The notes beneath the pieces are model-generated. The model was not told where the DNA came from, did not search any database, and worked only from the letters and a program-made list of their open reading frames with translations. The position numbers were made by a program, and so were the translations under genes. A stretch of DNA of 64,000 bases, taken from contig CDROCS010006802.1 in assembly GCA_977020255.1 (NCBI GenBank), positions 1-64,000 on the forward strand, in the 5' to 3' direction. Source of the DNA: Obrimoposthia wandeli (Eukaryota). Positions 50,131-60,534 of the stretch are shown one piece after another. How positions within the stretch are numbered: position 1 is the stretch's first letter; each line of letters starts with the position of its first letter.

Positions 50131-50721
50131 TTATTTACCCTGACTCTGAAATTCAACCACGCGGGCAAAGGGTAAAATACCTTTCTTTTCTTCACTACTT
50201 TCAGAAGAGTGCTGCAAAATATAATCTTGCAATTGCTGCTGGGCATTTTCTAATTGTTGCTGCTCTTCAATCGTCAAGGTAGAGGCGGTTAATTCGCCTT
50301 GCTGTACTTGTGATGGGTTCGAACCGCTATCCGCCAAACCTAAACCATCATTTGGCTCAATCGATTGCACACCCAGCAATACTGCCAGAGTGACGGAAGC
50401 CGCGACCGCGACTGAGGTTAATGGTTTATACCAAGCTCTGCGTGAGACCTGAACCTGAGAATCATTAGGTAGTCGTGCTGCATTACCTTCCTCAGCGCCA
50501 TTCGATACAAGCTCACCATCTAAGACCTGGTTAATGCCGCGAGTCAGATCAAGACTATCAAAACTCTCATCGCGCATCAGTGAGCCCATTAGATGATAAT
50601 TTTTCCAGTTTTCTCGTAATTCATCATCTTTGTCTAACTGATTTAAAACACGTCGAATTTCTAATTCGTCGGCTTCACCATCCATCAATGCCGATAATGA
50701 CTCTTTATTTCTATCATTCAT
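50131..50721 (-). CDS. rseA: Anti-sigmaE factor RseA/MucA
   Basis: ESLSALMDGE, WKNYHLMG, TM (VAVAASVTLAVLLGV), LQDYILQH, LPFARVV. Confidence 0.92.
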   Translation of the reverse strand: MNDRNKESLSALMDGEADELEIRRVLNQLDKDDELRENWKNYHLMGSLMRDESFDSLDLTRGINQVLDGELVSNGAEEGNAARLPNDSQVQVSRRAWYKPLTSVAVAASVTLAVLLGVQSIEPNDGLGLADSGSNPSQVQQGELTASTLTIEEQQQLENAQQQLQDYILQHSSESSEEKKGILPFARVVEFQSQGK

Positions 50722-50821
50722 TCACATTCTCCAAACTTTTCAACAATCGCTCACAGCGACGGTTCACCGTTTTTAACCGTACGATTAATCTACTATTAAC
50801 GTACTATTTTCGCGCTATCAC

Positions 50822-51409
50822 TTAGGCACTGGCTTCTAAATAAGGTTGCATTTTCTTTTCAATGGATTCTCTAGCCCGGAAAATACGTGAACGCACGGTG
50901 CCAATTGGGCAGTCCATGACCTCGGCAATCTCGTCATAGCTCATACCATCAAGCTCTCTTAAAGAAACCGCAATACGCAGCTCCTCGGGTAACTCTGCGA
51001 TAGCGGAAAAAACAACATCTTTCAGGCGGTCGCGCTGTAAAATTCGCTCGGGCGTCGCACTATCACGAAACGCCATTTCTTCAGAGAAATTTTCTGCATC
51101 TTCAGGGTCAATATCATGGGTCGGTGTTTTACGCCCACGGCTGACTAAATGATTTTTTGCCGTATTCACCGCTATTCGATACAACCAGGTATAAAACTGA
51201 CTATCACCACGAAAATTAGGCAGAGCACGGTAGGCTTTGATAAAGGCTTCTTGAGCCACGTCTTGGCATTCAGACGTATCAAATACAAAACGCCCGATCA
51301 AGGATAAGATTCTGGGCTGATATTTAATCACCAGTAAATCAAATGCTCGACGATCCCCTTTCTGAACTCGACTAACCAGTTGCTGATCAGTTTGTTGGTT
51401 GTCACTCAT
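50822..51409 (-). CDS. rpoE: ECF sigma factor RpoE/AlgU
   Basis: DQQLVSRVQKGDRRAF, FYTWLYRIAVN, CPIGTVRSRIFRAR. Start taken at ATG 51409. Confidence 0.97.
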   Translation of the reverse strand: MSDNQQTDQQLVSRVQKGDRRAFDLLVIKYQPRILSLIGRFVFDTSECQDVAQEAFIKAYRALPNFRGDSQFYTWLYRIAVNTAKNHLVSRGRKTPTHDIDPEDAENFSEEMAFRDSATPERILQRDRLKDVVFSAIAELPEELRIAVSLRELDGMSYDEIAEVMDCPIGTVRSRIFRARESIEKKMQPYLEASA

Positions 51410-51563
51410 TCGGTGATCCATTATTGTTGGTTGCTGCAGCGCGTATGCCACGTTGCTCATACTCAATTCCCCTAGCACTCAACTCAATGATCCGTTTAAC
51501 TCTCGTTAAAAGCCTAGATCGTTGAAAGATGGTGAAAATATTACCGACGTGATCTGCGAACAT
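51402..51563 (-). CDS. Candidate rseD-like leader ORF (53 aa) overlapping the rpoE start
   Basis: ATG at 51563 lies just downstream of the sigmaE promoter; the stop TGA (51402-51404) overlaps the first rpoE codons (AATGAGTGA). Confidence 0.4.
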   Translation of the reverse strand: MFADHVGNIFTIFQRSRLLTRVKRIIELSARGIEYEQRGIRAAATNNNGSPNE

Positions 51564-51581
51564 GATCTTGTCTAATGGTAA

Positions 51582-51609
51582 ATAGAGTATTGAGGCGAAT
51601 AAAAGTTCC
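51582..51609 (-). promoter_or_regulatory. SigmaE-dependent autoregulatory promoter of rpoE
   Basis: Minus strand GGAACTT-N16-TCTAT against the consensus GAACTT-N16-TCTAA/TCAAA. Confidence 0.8.
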
Positions 51610-51769
51610 AAAAAACTTATCACTAACGGTTATCACTGATAAGTTGGCTTACCTTGCTTTAGCTCAAAGCTAAAATAGATTAGCACTGCCATTTAACGGT
51701 ACATTACATTATAGTGCGAATTATAGTGTAACTAACAATCACATAAGCAATCCTAGATGAATAATCATA

Positions 51770-53380
51770 ATGAGCCGTAAGCATACATTTGATGTCCTAA
51801 TCATCGGCAGCGGTGCTGCTGGATTAACCTTAGGCTTATCACTGCCTGACCATTTAAGCGCTGCAATTGTAAGTAAAGACAGTTTAGATGCTGGCTCAAC
51901 GCGTTGGGCACAAGGTGGCGTTGCCGCAGTTCTTGATAAAGAAGATACCGTTGAAGCCCACGTCAGCGATACCCTTATTGCCGGTGCTGGCCTGTGCCAT
52001 GAACCCAGTGTGCGTCATACGATTGAACACAGCACCGCAGCCATTCAATGGCTGATCGATCTCGGCGTGCCTTTTGATCAAGGTGAAAATGGCGAAAGCT
52101 ATCACCTTACCCGCGAAGGCGGCCACAGTGTTCGTCGCATTATTCATGCTGCGGATGCTACTGGCGTTGCAATCTCCAATACTTTACAAAAAGCGGCCAA
52201 AGCCAAGAAAAACCTGCATTTGTTAACAAATTATATTGCGGTCGACTTGATTACCGGTGAAAAACTCGGGCAGAAAAAACAAGGCTGTTTTGGTGCTTAT
52301 TTTCTAAATAAGGCCACGGGCGAAGTTGAAGTTATTACCGCAAGCTCGGTAGTACTCGCTACGGGTGGTGCCAGCAAAGCGTATTTATATACCAGCAATC
52401 CTGATGGAGCGTCCGGCGATGGAATCGCAATGGCATGGCGTGCTGGTTGTCGCGTTGCCAACATGGAATTCAATCAGTTTCATCCAACCTGCTTATACCA
52501 TCCACAAGCAAAGTCTTTTTTGATTACTGAAGCTGTGCGCGGTGAAGGCGGTCATTTATTACTGCCTAACGGCAAACGTTTTATGCACAAGTTTGATGAA
52601 CGTGGCGAACTCGCCCCGCGTGATATTGTCGCTCGTGCGATTGACCATGAAATGAAACGTTTAGGGGCTGATTGCTTATATCTAGATATCAGCCATAAAG
52701 ACAAAGATTTTATCATTGCGCATTTTCCCAATATTTATAAGCGGTGCTTAGAACTGGGGATCGATATTACTAAAAACCCTATTCCTGTAGTGCCTGCCGC
52801 TCACTATACCTGTGGCGGAGTAGTTACCGATATTAATGGCCGTACCGACATTCCAGGTTTGTATGCTATTGGCGAAACAGCTCATACGGGCTTACACGGT
52901 GCTAACCGCTTAGCCAGCAACTCTCTATTAGAGTGCTTGGTTTTTGCTCGTCAAGCGGCTGCAGAAATCGCTAAACACGCTTCATCAGGGGCTCAATTAC
53001 CCGAAATTCCAGATTGGGATGATACCCAAGTAACGGACTCTGATGAAGCCGTGGTGATCGCACACAACTGGGATGAGTTGCGCCGATTTATGTGGGATTA
53101 CGTCGGTATCGTTCGCACCACTAAGCGCTTAGTGCGAGCCAAGCATCGCGTGACCTTATTACGTGAAGAGATTCAAGAATTTTACGGAAATTATCGCGTT
53201 AGTAATGATTTACTAGAACTGCGTAATCTCGTCGACGTAGCTGACGTGATCATACGCTCGGCGCTACTGCGTAAAGAAAGCCGTGGTTTGCACTATTCAC
53301 TGGATTACCCTGAAGCCCTGCCCCGCGCATTCGATACGGTACTAACGCCTAAATACCTGAAAGAATTGGGTGAGCTTTAG
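51770..53380 (+). CDS. nadB: L-aspartate oxidase
   Basis: [43 protein letters not shown]; divergent from rpoE. Confidence 0.97.
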   Translation: MSRKHTFDVLIIGSGAAGLTLGLSLPDHLSAAIVSKDSLDAGSTRWAQGGVAAVLDKEDTVEAHVSDTLIAGAGLCHEPSVRHTIEHSTAAIQWLIDLGVPFDQGENGESYHLTREGGHSVRRIIHAADATGVAISNTLQKAAKAKKNLHLLTNYIAVDLITGEKLGQKKQGCFGAYFLNKATGEVEVITASSVVLATGGASKAYLYTSNPDGASGDGIAMAWRAGCRVANMEFNQFHPTCLYHPQAKSFLITEAVRGEGGHLLLPNGKRFMHKFDERGELAPRDIVARAIDHEMKRLGADCLYLDISHKDKDFIIAHFPNIYKRCLELGIDITKNPIPVVPAAHYTCGGVVTDINGRTDIPGLYAIGETAHTGLHGANRLASNSLLECLVFARQAAAEIAKHASSGAQLPEIPDWDDTQVTDSDEAVVIAHNWDELRRFMWDYVGIVRTTKRLVRAKHRVTLLREEIQEFYGNYRVSNDLLELRNLVDVADVIIRSALLRKESRGLHYSLDYPEALPRAFDTVLTPKYLKELGEL

Positions 53381-53410
53381 CACCCTGCGTTAATTGGACT
53401 TATTTTAAGC

Positions 53411-53875
53411 TCAGCGACTGCGTAACAATCGTTTTAAGCGTTGAAAATCCTCAGGGTCTTCAACGCTATCGCGAGCGATCAATACCGCTTGGCCAAACTG
53501 CCACGGCCAACCGCTAAAATCCAGCGCGACCCACTCAGCCCATACTCGGCTATCAGAAGACAATTCGACATATACTTTCTCCCCCCCCGATCGGCGCTGA
53601 TACCACCAGCAAACATCACTGATATTACCGTCGCTATCAACAATACCGCCATCACAACCCAAACGGATAATACTGCGAGAACTGGTAAGAAATACCTTCA
53701 ACCGCAGTTCAACCAAAATGCCAACCGACATTATTGCAAACAATAATAATTTATAAAGGTATATAAGAGGAATGCTGTACAACAACAAAGAGCAGCTTAA
53801 TACAAAAAAGACACTAAGAAGAATCAACCGCCGAGACGGTTGAATAAAAATATCGAGGGGACGACTCTCATCCAT
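53411..53875 (-). CDS. YgfX-like membrane protein
   Basis: Two TMs, C-terminal ARDSVEDPEDFQRLKRLL; directly downstream of sdhE, the canonical ygfX position. Confidence 0.65.
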   Translation of the reverse strand: MDESRPLDIFIQPSRRLILLSVFFVLSCSLLLYSIPLIYLYKLLLFAIMSVGILVELRLKVFLTSSRSIIRLGCDGGIVDSDGNISDVCWWYQRRSGGEKVYVELSSDSRVWAEWVALDFSGWPWQFGQAVLIARDSVEDPEDFQRLKRLLRSR

Positions 53876-53917
53876 GAGATACCTGCTATTAACGCATTAG
53901 ATAAAAAAAGATTAGCG

Positions 53918-54175
53918 CTAAATGGCGGTATTGCCGAGTTTTAAAATCATATCGACCATGTAGGCATGATCAGGATCTTCTGCCACACTCTGCTGCATAA
54001 ACCAGCTAAACAAATCAGGATCTTCACTCTCGATTAAACTAACAAACTTAGCCTTATCTTCAGCACTTAATGTTAAATATGTGTCACGGCAAAAAGGCAT
54101 TAACAATACGTCAAGTTCTAACATGCCACGACGGCAATGCCACATTACGCGCTTATGCTCGAAATTATCACTCAC
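53918..54175 (-). CDS. sdhE: Succinate dehydrogenase flavinylation factor SdhE
   Basis: WHCRRGMLELD, EDPDLFSW. GTG start at 54175 follows GGAG. Confidence 0.93.
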   Translation of the reverse strand: MSDNFEHKRVMWHCRRGMLELDVLLMPFCRDTYLTLSAEDKAKFVSLIESEDPDLFSWFMQQSVAEDPDHAYMVDMILKLGNTAI

Positions 54176-54313
54176 ATCGACTCTCCCAATATTGAATCGC
54201 CGCATTATACATAAGCCCAAGCACAAGACACAGGAGTGATTTATCGAGTAAGATGCAAAGCATTGCGCCAAAGCAATAATTTAGCCGTATTATCGCAATA
54301 TTAGGACAAAACC

Positions 54314-55290
54314 ATGGTTTCACGCTCCGCACTTGAACACACAGGTCAACTTGATCACTGGGGGGATTATATTCCTCAGCCAGAAACAAACGATACTAAT
54401 AATACGGATACGACCTATCTGCAAACCTGCTGGCTCAATCAATTTTCAGCCCTAAAAATCAGTGGCCCAGACGCTGAGCGCTTCTTGCAAGGACAACTCA
54501 CTTGCAACATGACCGATATTACCACCAACACCGCATACCACGGTGCTTGTTGCACGGCCAAAGGACGTATTGTTGCCAATTTTAACATCAGCTTCGACGG
54601 TGACCATTATTGGCTTATTTTACCTTGCACCAGCGCTGATATTTTAGAAAAGCACCTGCAAAAATATAAAGTTTTCTTCAAAGCGAGCATAGTAAACTGC
54701 CAGCAGAGCCATTTGATTTTAGGCCAATGGAATGCAACAGAAGCAGGCACAGCGGTTCATAGTGACGATCAGCACCAGCTAACACTGACCGATAATCGCA
54801 GTTTCATCATCGTCAGCGACAATAGCCCACAAGAATATCAACTAACGCCTACGGTTAACTGGCGTCTGGCAGATATTCAAGATGGGCTTTATTACGTAGC
54901 AGACGATCACATAGAACAGTGGATTCCTCAGCACATCAACTGGCACCTGATTGATGGCATTAGCTTCAGCAAAGGCTGCTACACAGGCCAAGAAATTATT
55001 GCGCGCTTACAGTATTTAGGTAAAGCCAAAAAAGCCCTGTATCACTATCAGGGAGTGACTAATAACGTCATAACAACTGAACTACAAGCGGCTAAGCAAC
55101 TGTTTGACGACACGGGTAAAGCGAAAGCAGATATTTTGATTTTCGCAGTGCCGATACGCAACAAACCGTCATTGATGTATTGGTCGTGAGCAGCGGTGAA
55201 AATCCTCTGCCAATACTCTATTTAACCGATTCTCTTGATTTTCCTCTCACCTTGCAGAACCTGCCCTATACTGTTGAAAAGGATGTATAA
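54314..55290 (+). pseudogene. ygfZ: Folate-binding Fe-S repair / tRNA modification factor YgfZ; 1-nt frameshift near 55132-55140 as sequenced
   Basis: GPDAERFLQGQLT, ISFSKGCYTGQEIIARL. The track ORF stops at 55189, but adding one T to the ATTTTG run gives ..DIFDFRSADT..TLQNLPYTVEKDV* (stop 55290) with the YgfZ-type LPY ending. Confidence 0.85.
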
Positions 55291-55307
55291 AAGGCTCAAA
55301 CATTACG

Positions 55308-56150
55308 ATGGCTATCCCACTCGTTCAGCAAGTAAAACAAGACATCATCCAAGCGCTGGAAAATGATGAATTGATACTGCCAACCTTGCCCGAAATTGCA
55401 TTGCAAGTTCGGGAAGTCGCAGAAAATGCAACGTCTAGCATCTCAGATCTGACCACAATATTAGGTCGAGATGCCGCACTCAGTGCTCGCATGATAAAGG
55501 TCGCCAATAGCCCCCTTATTCGTGCCAGCGTTCCCGTATCCGATCTTGATACCGCCGTCGCAAGGCTGGGAATAGACCTCACCAGCAACCTAGCCATGGG
55601 CTTGGCGATGGAGCAAATGTTTCAAGCGACCAGTGATATTGTCGATAAACGCATGCGCTCTTGCTGGTCTAAAAGCGTTGAAATTGCCGCCAGTAGCCAA
55701 GTATTGGCTCGCCACTTTACCAACTTACAGCCTGGCCAAGCCTTATTAGCAGGCTTAACTCACCAAATTGGTAAATTACCGATATTAGCCTTTGCCGAAA
55801 ACAATGAATCCTTATTGAATGACTCTTTCGCTCTCGGCAAGGTACTGAACGTATTACATCCCTCCCTCGGAAGTTACATATTAAAAATGTGGGACTTCCC
55901 AGAAGAATTAGTGGCCGTATCAAAAAATTATCTATTATTTGATCGTCAAGTCGATAAGGTTGATTACGCCGATATTGTGCAAGTCGCTACCCTGCAAAGC
56001 TATGCTGGAACAGACCATCCTTATACCAAGCTTGATTGGACCGAAATCTCTTCATTTGATCGCCTAGGGCTGGACCCCACAACCTTAATTGCAGAAATGG
56101 AAGGCATCAGTGAAGAAGTCACCGAAACTCAAGGCGCATTAGGAGGTTAA
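55308..56150 (+). CDS. Stand-alone HDOD domain protein
   Basis: LPTLPEIAL, LSARMIKVANSP, AGLTHQIGKL. Confidence 0.9.
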   Translation: MAIPLVQQVKQDIIQALENDELILPTLPEIALQVREVAENATSSISDLTTILGRDAALSARMIKVANSPLIRASVPVSDLDTAVARLGIDLTSNLAMGLAMEQMFQATSDIVDKRMRSCWSKSVEIAASSQVLARHFTNLQPGQALLAGLTHQIGKLPILAFAENNESLLNDSFALGKVLNVLHPSLGSYILKMWDFPEELVAVSKNYLLFDRQVDKVDYADIVQVATLQSYAGTDHPYTKLDWTEISSFDRLGLDPTTLIAEMEGISEEVTETQGALGG

Positions 56151-56156
56151 TAACGA

Positions 56157-56963
56157 ATGAAATCTCTCGCGGCTGATATCATGAAAGCCATAGAACATGA
56201 CAGTCTAATTCTGCCTACATTACCAGAAATTGCGTTGCGCATACGCCAATGCGAAAACGATCCTAATTTAGATATTATAACGCTTACCCGAATTATAGAG
56301 CAGGATCCCGCGACCACCGCACAGCTATTACGCATCGCCAACAGCCCATTAGTTCGTCGTGAAATAAAGGTGGCAGATTTAAGTAAAGCCATTAGCCTGC
56401 TCGGAATGAATTACTGTGCCCGTGTTGCCATCAGCTTATCAACTCGACAACTCTTCAACAGTAAAAATCCATCTTCTGAAATAAAAATGCGAGAAATTTG
56501 GCAGCACAGTTTAAATGTTGCGTGCCACTGCTATGTACTCGCTGATAAAGCAAAACTGGTTCCCGAAGAAGCATTTTTGGCTGGGTTATTACACAAAATT
56601 GGCGCTCTTCCTATTATTGCCATGGCCGATAAAGAAGACTGCTATACCTTAGAAGAATTAAACAAAACCATCGATAAAATACACCCTATGCTCGGGGAAA
56701 GTATTTTAAGTCGTTGGCAATTCCCACGCTCTATCGCCGATATTCCACAAAACTACTGTGATCAATACCGTTATATTAGCCGCATTGATTTATGCGATTT
56801 GGTGACCATTGCCAATAATAAAATTTGCCCTGATGATCAGCGCTTACCGTGGGATGATATTGCCTCAATAGAAAGAATGGGCTGGCATAGCAGTACTATT
56901 GATGACGAGTTCAATCTGCTTGCCGCTAAAATTGAACTCGCTCATGACATATTTGAATGCTAA
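56157..56963 (+). CDS. Second stand-alone HDOD domain protein (tandem paralogue)
   Basis: LPTLPEIAL, LLRIANSP, FLAGLLHKIG; 6 bp after the first copy. Confidence 0.9.
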   Translation: MKSLAADIMKAIEHDSLILPTLPEIALRIRQCENDPNLDIITLTRIIEQDPATTAQLLRIANSPLVRREIKVADLSKAISLLGMNYCARVAISLSTRQLFNSKNPSSEIKMREIWQHSLNVACHCYVLADKAKLVPEEAFLAGLLHKIGALPIIAMADKEDCYTLEELNKTIDKIHPMLGESILSRWQFPRSIADIPQNYCDQYRYISRIDLCDLVTIANNKICPDDQRLPWDDIASIERMGWHSSTIDDEFNLLAAKIELAHDIFEC

Positions 56964-56973
56964 AGCAGACTCG

Positions 56974-58275
56974 CTATAACTGATCGAATGGATGCTCCCC
57001 AGCAGACCAAAGTGGCGTTAGCATTGCTTCAATCCACTCTTCTGGCACATCCTCTACGGAATGATGCTGCCAATTAGGCTGAAAATCTTTATCTACTACC
57101 ATCGCGCGAATGCCTTCAGAAAAATCAGGATGACGGACAGACTGCAAGGCTAAAATAAGTTCCCACTGCACCACTTCTTTTAGCGTCATATTTTGTCCTA
57201 GCTGTAACTGACGCATAATGAGATGAGCCGTTGCAGGACAACCTGCATTAAAATTATCACGACCTTGATTAAACCAATCATCATCACTTTCTATCGCATT
57301 AATTTTTTCTGCAATATCTTTCAATGCTAACTTATTATCTGCCAAAGAGATAAAATGTTGCTGTGACATCGCCGCAAATAGCTGCGCTATATCACCTTGA
57401 TTATGCTCCAGCTTGGATTTTGGAAATAGAGATTCTGAAGGCGAAGCTTCTGATAAATGAGCTTTGCTTTGCTGCTCAATAGCCGTTAATAGTTGTCTAA
57501 CATACTGATTATTCATCGCCTTATTTACTTGCCAAGGCTGATGACGCAGCTGTTCGATTAACCCACTCAATTCGCCATTAGGTACACAATAATCGACTAA
57601 GCCTGCTTGCTTACAATCGACCGCATTCATTTGGCTGCCCGTTAGTGCCATCCAATGCCCTAAAGGAAAAGGCAAGCGACTTAAATAATAGCTACCGGCC
57701 ACATCAGGGAATAAACCGATTCTTATCTCGGGCCAAGCAAGCTTTAACGTTTCGGTTCCGACTTTATGACTAGCACCAATGAACAAACCTAAACCGCCAC
57801 CCATCACAAACCCATGACCCCAAGCAATCAGAGGCTTACCAAAACGGTGGACTCGGTAGTTTTTACTGTATTCGCCGTGAAAAAAAGCATCCGCGTATTT
57901 TAGATGCTCATCACCCTCTGCCTGCATACTATCGTACAGTTGACGAATATCTCCACCCGCACAAAAAGCCTTATCACCCGCACCGCACATTACCATCGCC
58001 ACAATGCCATCGTCGGCTTGCCAGCGAGCTAAGATGTCATCAATAAGGTTTACCATCTTAAGATCAACAGCGTTCATAGTTTTGGCTGAGTTTAAGGTCA
58101 TAATACCAATGCGATGCTGGCCGTCATGACTGAGCACTTCTTCTGTTAGCACCGTAGCTTCTGTTAGCACCGCGCTACCTTCCAATACAATAGTTTCTTT
58201 TGTCTTTGAACGAGCAGTAGATTTAGTTTTTTTACTAAGCGGCTTTTTAGGCATGATAGACTCTTCGATATACAA
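56974..58275 (-). CDS. Enoyl-CoA hydratase/isomerase family, 3-hydroxyisobutyryl-CoA hydrolase-like
   Basis: KAFCAGGDI, GFVMGGGLGL, PEIRIGLFPDV, DFSEGIRAMVVDKD. Confidence 0.9.
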   Translation of the reverse strand: MYIEESIMPKKPLSKKTKSTARSKTKETIVLEGSAVLTEATVLTEEVLSHDGQHRIGIMTLNSAKTMNAVDLKMVNLIDDILARWQADDGIVAMVMCGAGDKAFCAGGDIRQLYDSMQAEGDEHLKYADAFFHGEYSKNYRVHRFGKPLIAWGHGFVMGGGLGLFIGASHKVGTETLKLAWPEIRIGLFPDVAGSYYLSRLPFPLGHWMALTGSQMNAVDCKQAGLVDYCVPNGELSGLIEQLRHQPWQVNKAMNNQYVRQLLTAIEQQSKAHLSEASPSESLFPKSKLEHNQGDIAQLFAAMSQQHFISLADNKLALKDIAEKINAIESDDDWFNQGRDNFNAGCPATAHLIMRQLQLGQNMTLKEVVQWELILALQSVRHPDFSEGIRAMVVDKDFQPNWQHHSVEDVPEEWIEAMLTPLWSAGEHPFDQL

Positions 58276-58313
58276 AATTATTACTTTTCATAGTACAGGC
58301 TAGGAGCCCCAAA

Positions 58314-59063
58314 TTGCAGCTGATATTCACCTTTATTATTCTAAGCATTATTACCCTCATAGCGGTACTCTTAATTGTGCTGAATAAAAATACCCGCAGT
58401 ACCCAGATTCGCCAAATTGCTCAAGAAAACGATTGGCAATACCAAGAATTTATCGACTTTAGCGATGACATCAAACAGGCAAACTTTGGCTTACTAAACT
58501 ACAGCCAAAATGCAATTTTCAGACACCTAATCCAAGCAACTGACGAACATTATGGCTTAGCCTTCAAGACCTTTGACTGCCGAGCAATAGAACCGTCTGG
58601 TATTCACAATAGCAGCTTGATTTTATTCTCTCTCACACTAGGGACAGAATTTAATCATCTACACCTGTGCATAAACCGCCAGACTCAAGATAACGATGCC
58701 TTCACGGATATCAGCCACCAGCAATCCATCAAACAACAATATCGGTCGCAAAAACTCATTGAATTGGCAGATCACCAAGTCCCAAACGCCTTCAAAATCG
58801 ACAGTGACAAACCCTCAAAAATCAATCTATATGCGAATGACCCTAGCCAAGCTTATCGTTTTTTACAGAACATTTGTTCCACAAATGAGAAGGAAAAGTC
58901 CTTAATTCACTGGCTTTTGGCGCATCCGCACCTTCACATAGAAATTAGTAATGGCATGCTACTGACCTATAAAAAGAACCAATTGATTGAAGAAACTTCT
59001 CTTATCGCAGCTATTAGCGCGGTAGCAGAACTAGCCTTTATATTCAACACCGATAAACACTGA
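58314..59063 (+). CDS. Membrane-anchored hypothetical protein
   Basis: 249-aa ORF with an N-terminal TM followed by a soluble domain. Confidence 0.65.
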   Translation: MQLIFTFIILSIITLIAVLLIVLNKNTRSTQIRQIAQENDWQYQEFIDFSDDIKQANFGLLNYSQNAIFRHLIQATDEHYGLAFKTFDCRAIEPSGIHNSSLILFSLTLGTEFNHLHLCINRQTQDNDAFTDISHQQSIKQQYRSQKLIELADHQVPNAFKIDSDKPSKINLYANDPSQAYRFLQNICSTNEKEKSLIHWLLAHPHLHIEISNGMLLTYKKNQLIEETSLIAAISAVAELAFIFNTDKH

Positions 59064-59115
59064 TCCTATTAACACTAAATTTACTAATACTTGCTCCCTT
59101 AAGTTGAGAATAATA

Positions 59116-60117
59116 ATGAAAAAAGCACTCAAATCCACATCAGGTTTCACCCTAAAGCAGCTAGGCAGCAGCGCTCTAATAATCACCAGCTTATTCTTTG
59201 GCGGCTGTACCGCCAATCAACAAGACAGCCTATTCACCGAGGTAATCTCTCTTGCTCGAGATAGCGCAGGCCTAGAAGTTAAAACCGCACCCGCCGGTGA
59301 TGTTAACCTTACCTACATGGAACGCCAGGGTACTGATGGTAAAAATGCTGAAAGCATTATTTTAGTCCATGGTTTTTCTGCGAATAAAGATAACTGGATA
59401 CTGTTCACCAAAGCCCTAGACAAAAAATATCACGTCATCGCAGTAGACTTAGCAGGACATGGCGACTCAGAAAAATTATTAACTACCGATTATGGTTTAA
59501 TTAAACAAGCTGAACGTTTAGATAGCTTCTTATCAGGTTTAGGTATCAACTCTTTTCACATTGCAGGTAATTCCATGGGTGGAGCTATTAGCGCTATCTA
59601 CAGTTTAAGCCACCCAAACAAAGTGAAAAGCCTCACGTTAATTGATGCGGCTGGCATCGAAGGCAATACCGAAAGCGAATATTATAAAGTATTAGCAGAA
59701 GGTAAAAATCCTTTAATCGCTACTGATGAAGCCAGCTTTGAGTACCGCATGGACTTCACTATGAGCCAGCCACCTTTCTTACCTTGGCCAATAAGACCTG
59801 CTCTTTTACGTCAAACTCTAGCTCGTGAAGACATTAACAAAAAAGTTTTTAGTGACATGGTTGCGACTAAAGAACGTTTAAAAATAGTAGATTTCGGTCA
59901 AAAAATAAAAAGTGTGATGGCAGAGTATCAAGTGCCAACAATGATCATGTGGGGCAAAGAAGATCGCGTTCTTGACGTTTCAGCCGCAGCAGCCTTCAAA
60001 CAATTAATCCCACAAGCAACCGTGCATATTTTCCCAAAAGTAGGCCACCTGCCCATGGTAGAAATTCCTAGTGAGAGCGCAGAGGTTTATCAGCAATTTT
60101 TATCGACGGTTGAATAG
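59116..60117 (+). CDS. Alpha/beta-hydrolase lipoprotein esterase/lipase (resembles the Oleispira antarctica esterase)
   Basis: Lipobox FGG-C, HGF oxyanion motif, GNSMGG nucleophile, EDRVL Asp, GHLPM His. The similarity is recalled, not searched. Confidence 0.9.
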   Translation: MKKALKSTSGFTLKQLGSSALIITSLFFGGCTANQQDSLFTEVISLARDSAGLEVKTAPAGDVNLTYMERQGTDGKNAESIILVHGFSANKDNWILFTKALDKKYHVIAVDLAGHGDSEKLLTTDYGLIKQAERLDSFLSGLGINSFHIAGNSMGGAISAIYSLSHPNKVKSLTLIDAAGIEGNTESEYYKVLAEGKNPLIATDEASFEYRMDFTMSQPPFLPWPIRPALLRQTLAREDINKKVFSDMVATKERLKIVDFGQKIKSVMAEYQVPTMIMWGKEDRVLDVSAAAAFKQLIPQATVHIFPKVGHLPMVEIPSESAEVYQQFLSTVE

Positions 60118-60402
60118 ACTCTATTTAGTTATCTATATCTGGTATTAAAAGCACGATCTGATAATGGCTTAGCTTGCACATTTGCAAATTAAGCCGCTAT
60201 TAAATAGGGCTCTTGCCCTTTCATCCCCTCCACTTTTCGTTCTGTTTATCCTTTCGAATATCACGCGTAAACAATAATCTCTTCTCTGCTAAGAATTGCG
60301 GAGGGCATAAATAAACTCACCTAGCTTGGATTAATAATAAATAATTCTAAAGAACTCTGAGGCCTCTAGAGAAAAAAGAACAGTGATAATATCTCATCTT
60401 GC

Positions 60403-60424
60403 CATGAAAGCTCATCATGAAAGC
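60403..60424 (+). promoter_or_regulatory. Possible MetR-type box upstream of metE
   Basis: TGAAAGCTCATCA (60405-60417) against TGAA-N5-TTCA, one mismatch; also part of a CATGAAAGC direct repeat. Confidence 0.35.
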
Positions 60425-60534
60425 CTCCAACTAAAACCAAACATTAGTTTTACTCATGTTTAAGTGAAATAATACCAATTTATCTCATGCCAAATTCGCT
60501 CTACCATTATCTCATCACTTATTAGGAGATAATC

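Noticed and set aside
55130-55145. Programmed ribosomal frameshift in ygfZ
   Set aside because: There is no canonical slippery heptamer with a stimulator, and no precedent known to me; other indels in the window point to sequence error.
60118-60534. Cobalamin or SAM riboswitch upstream of metE
   Set aside because: I could not find the conserved B12-box or SAM core by eye; the hairpins at about 60167-60223 fit esterase terminators. An Infernal scan would be decisive.
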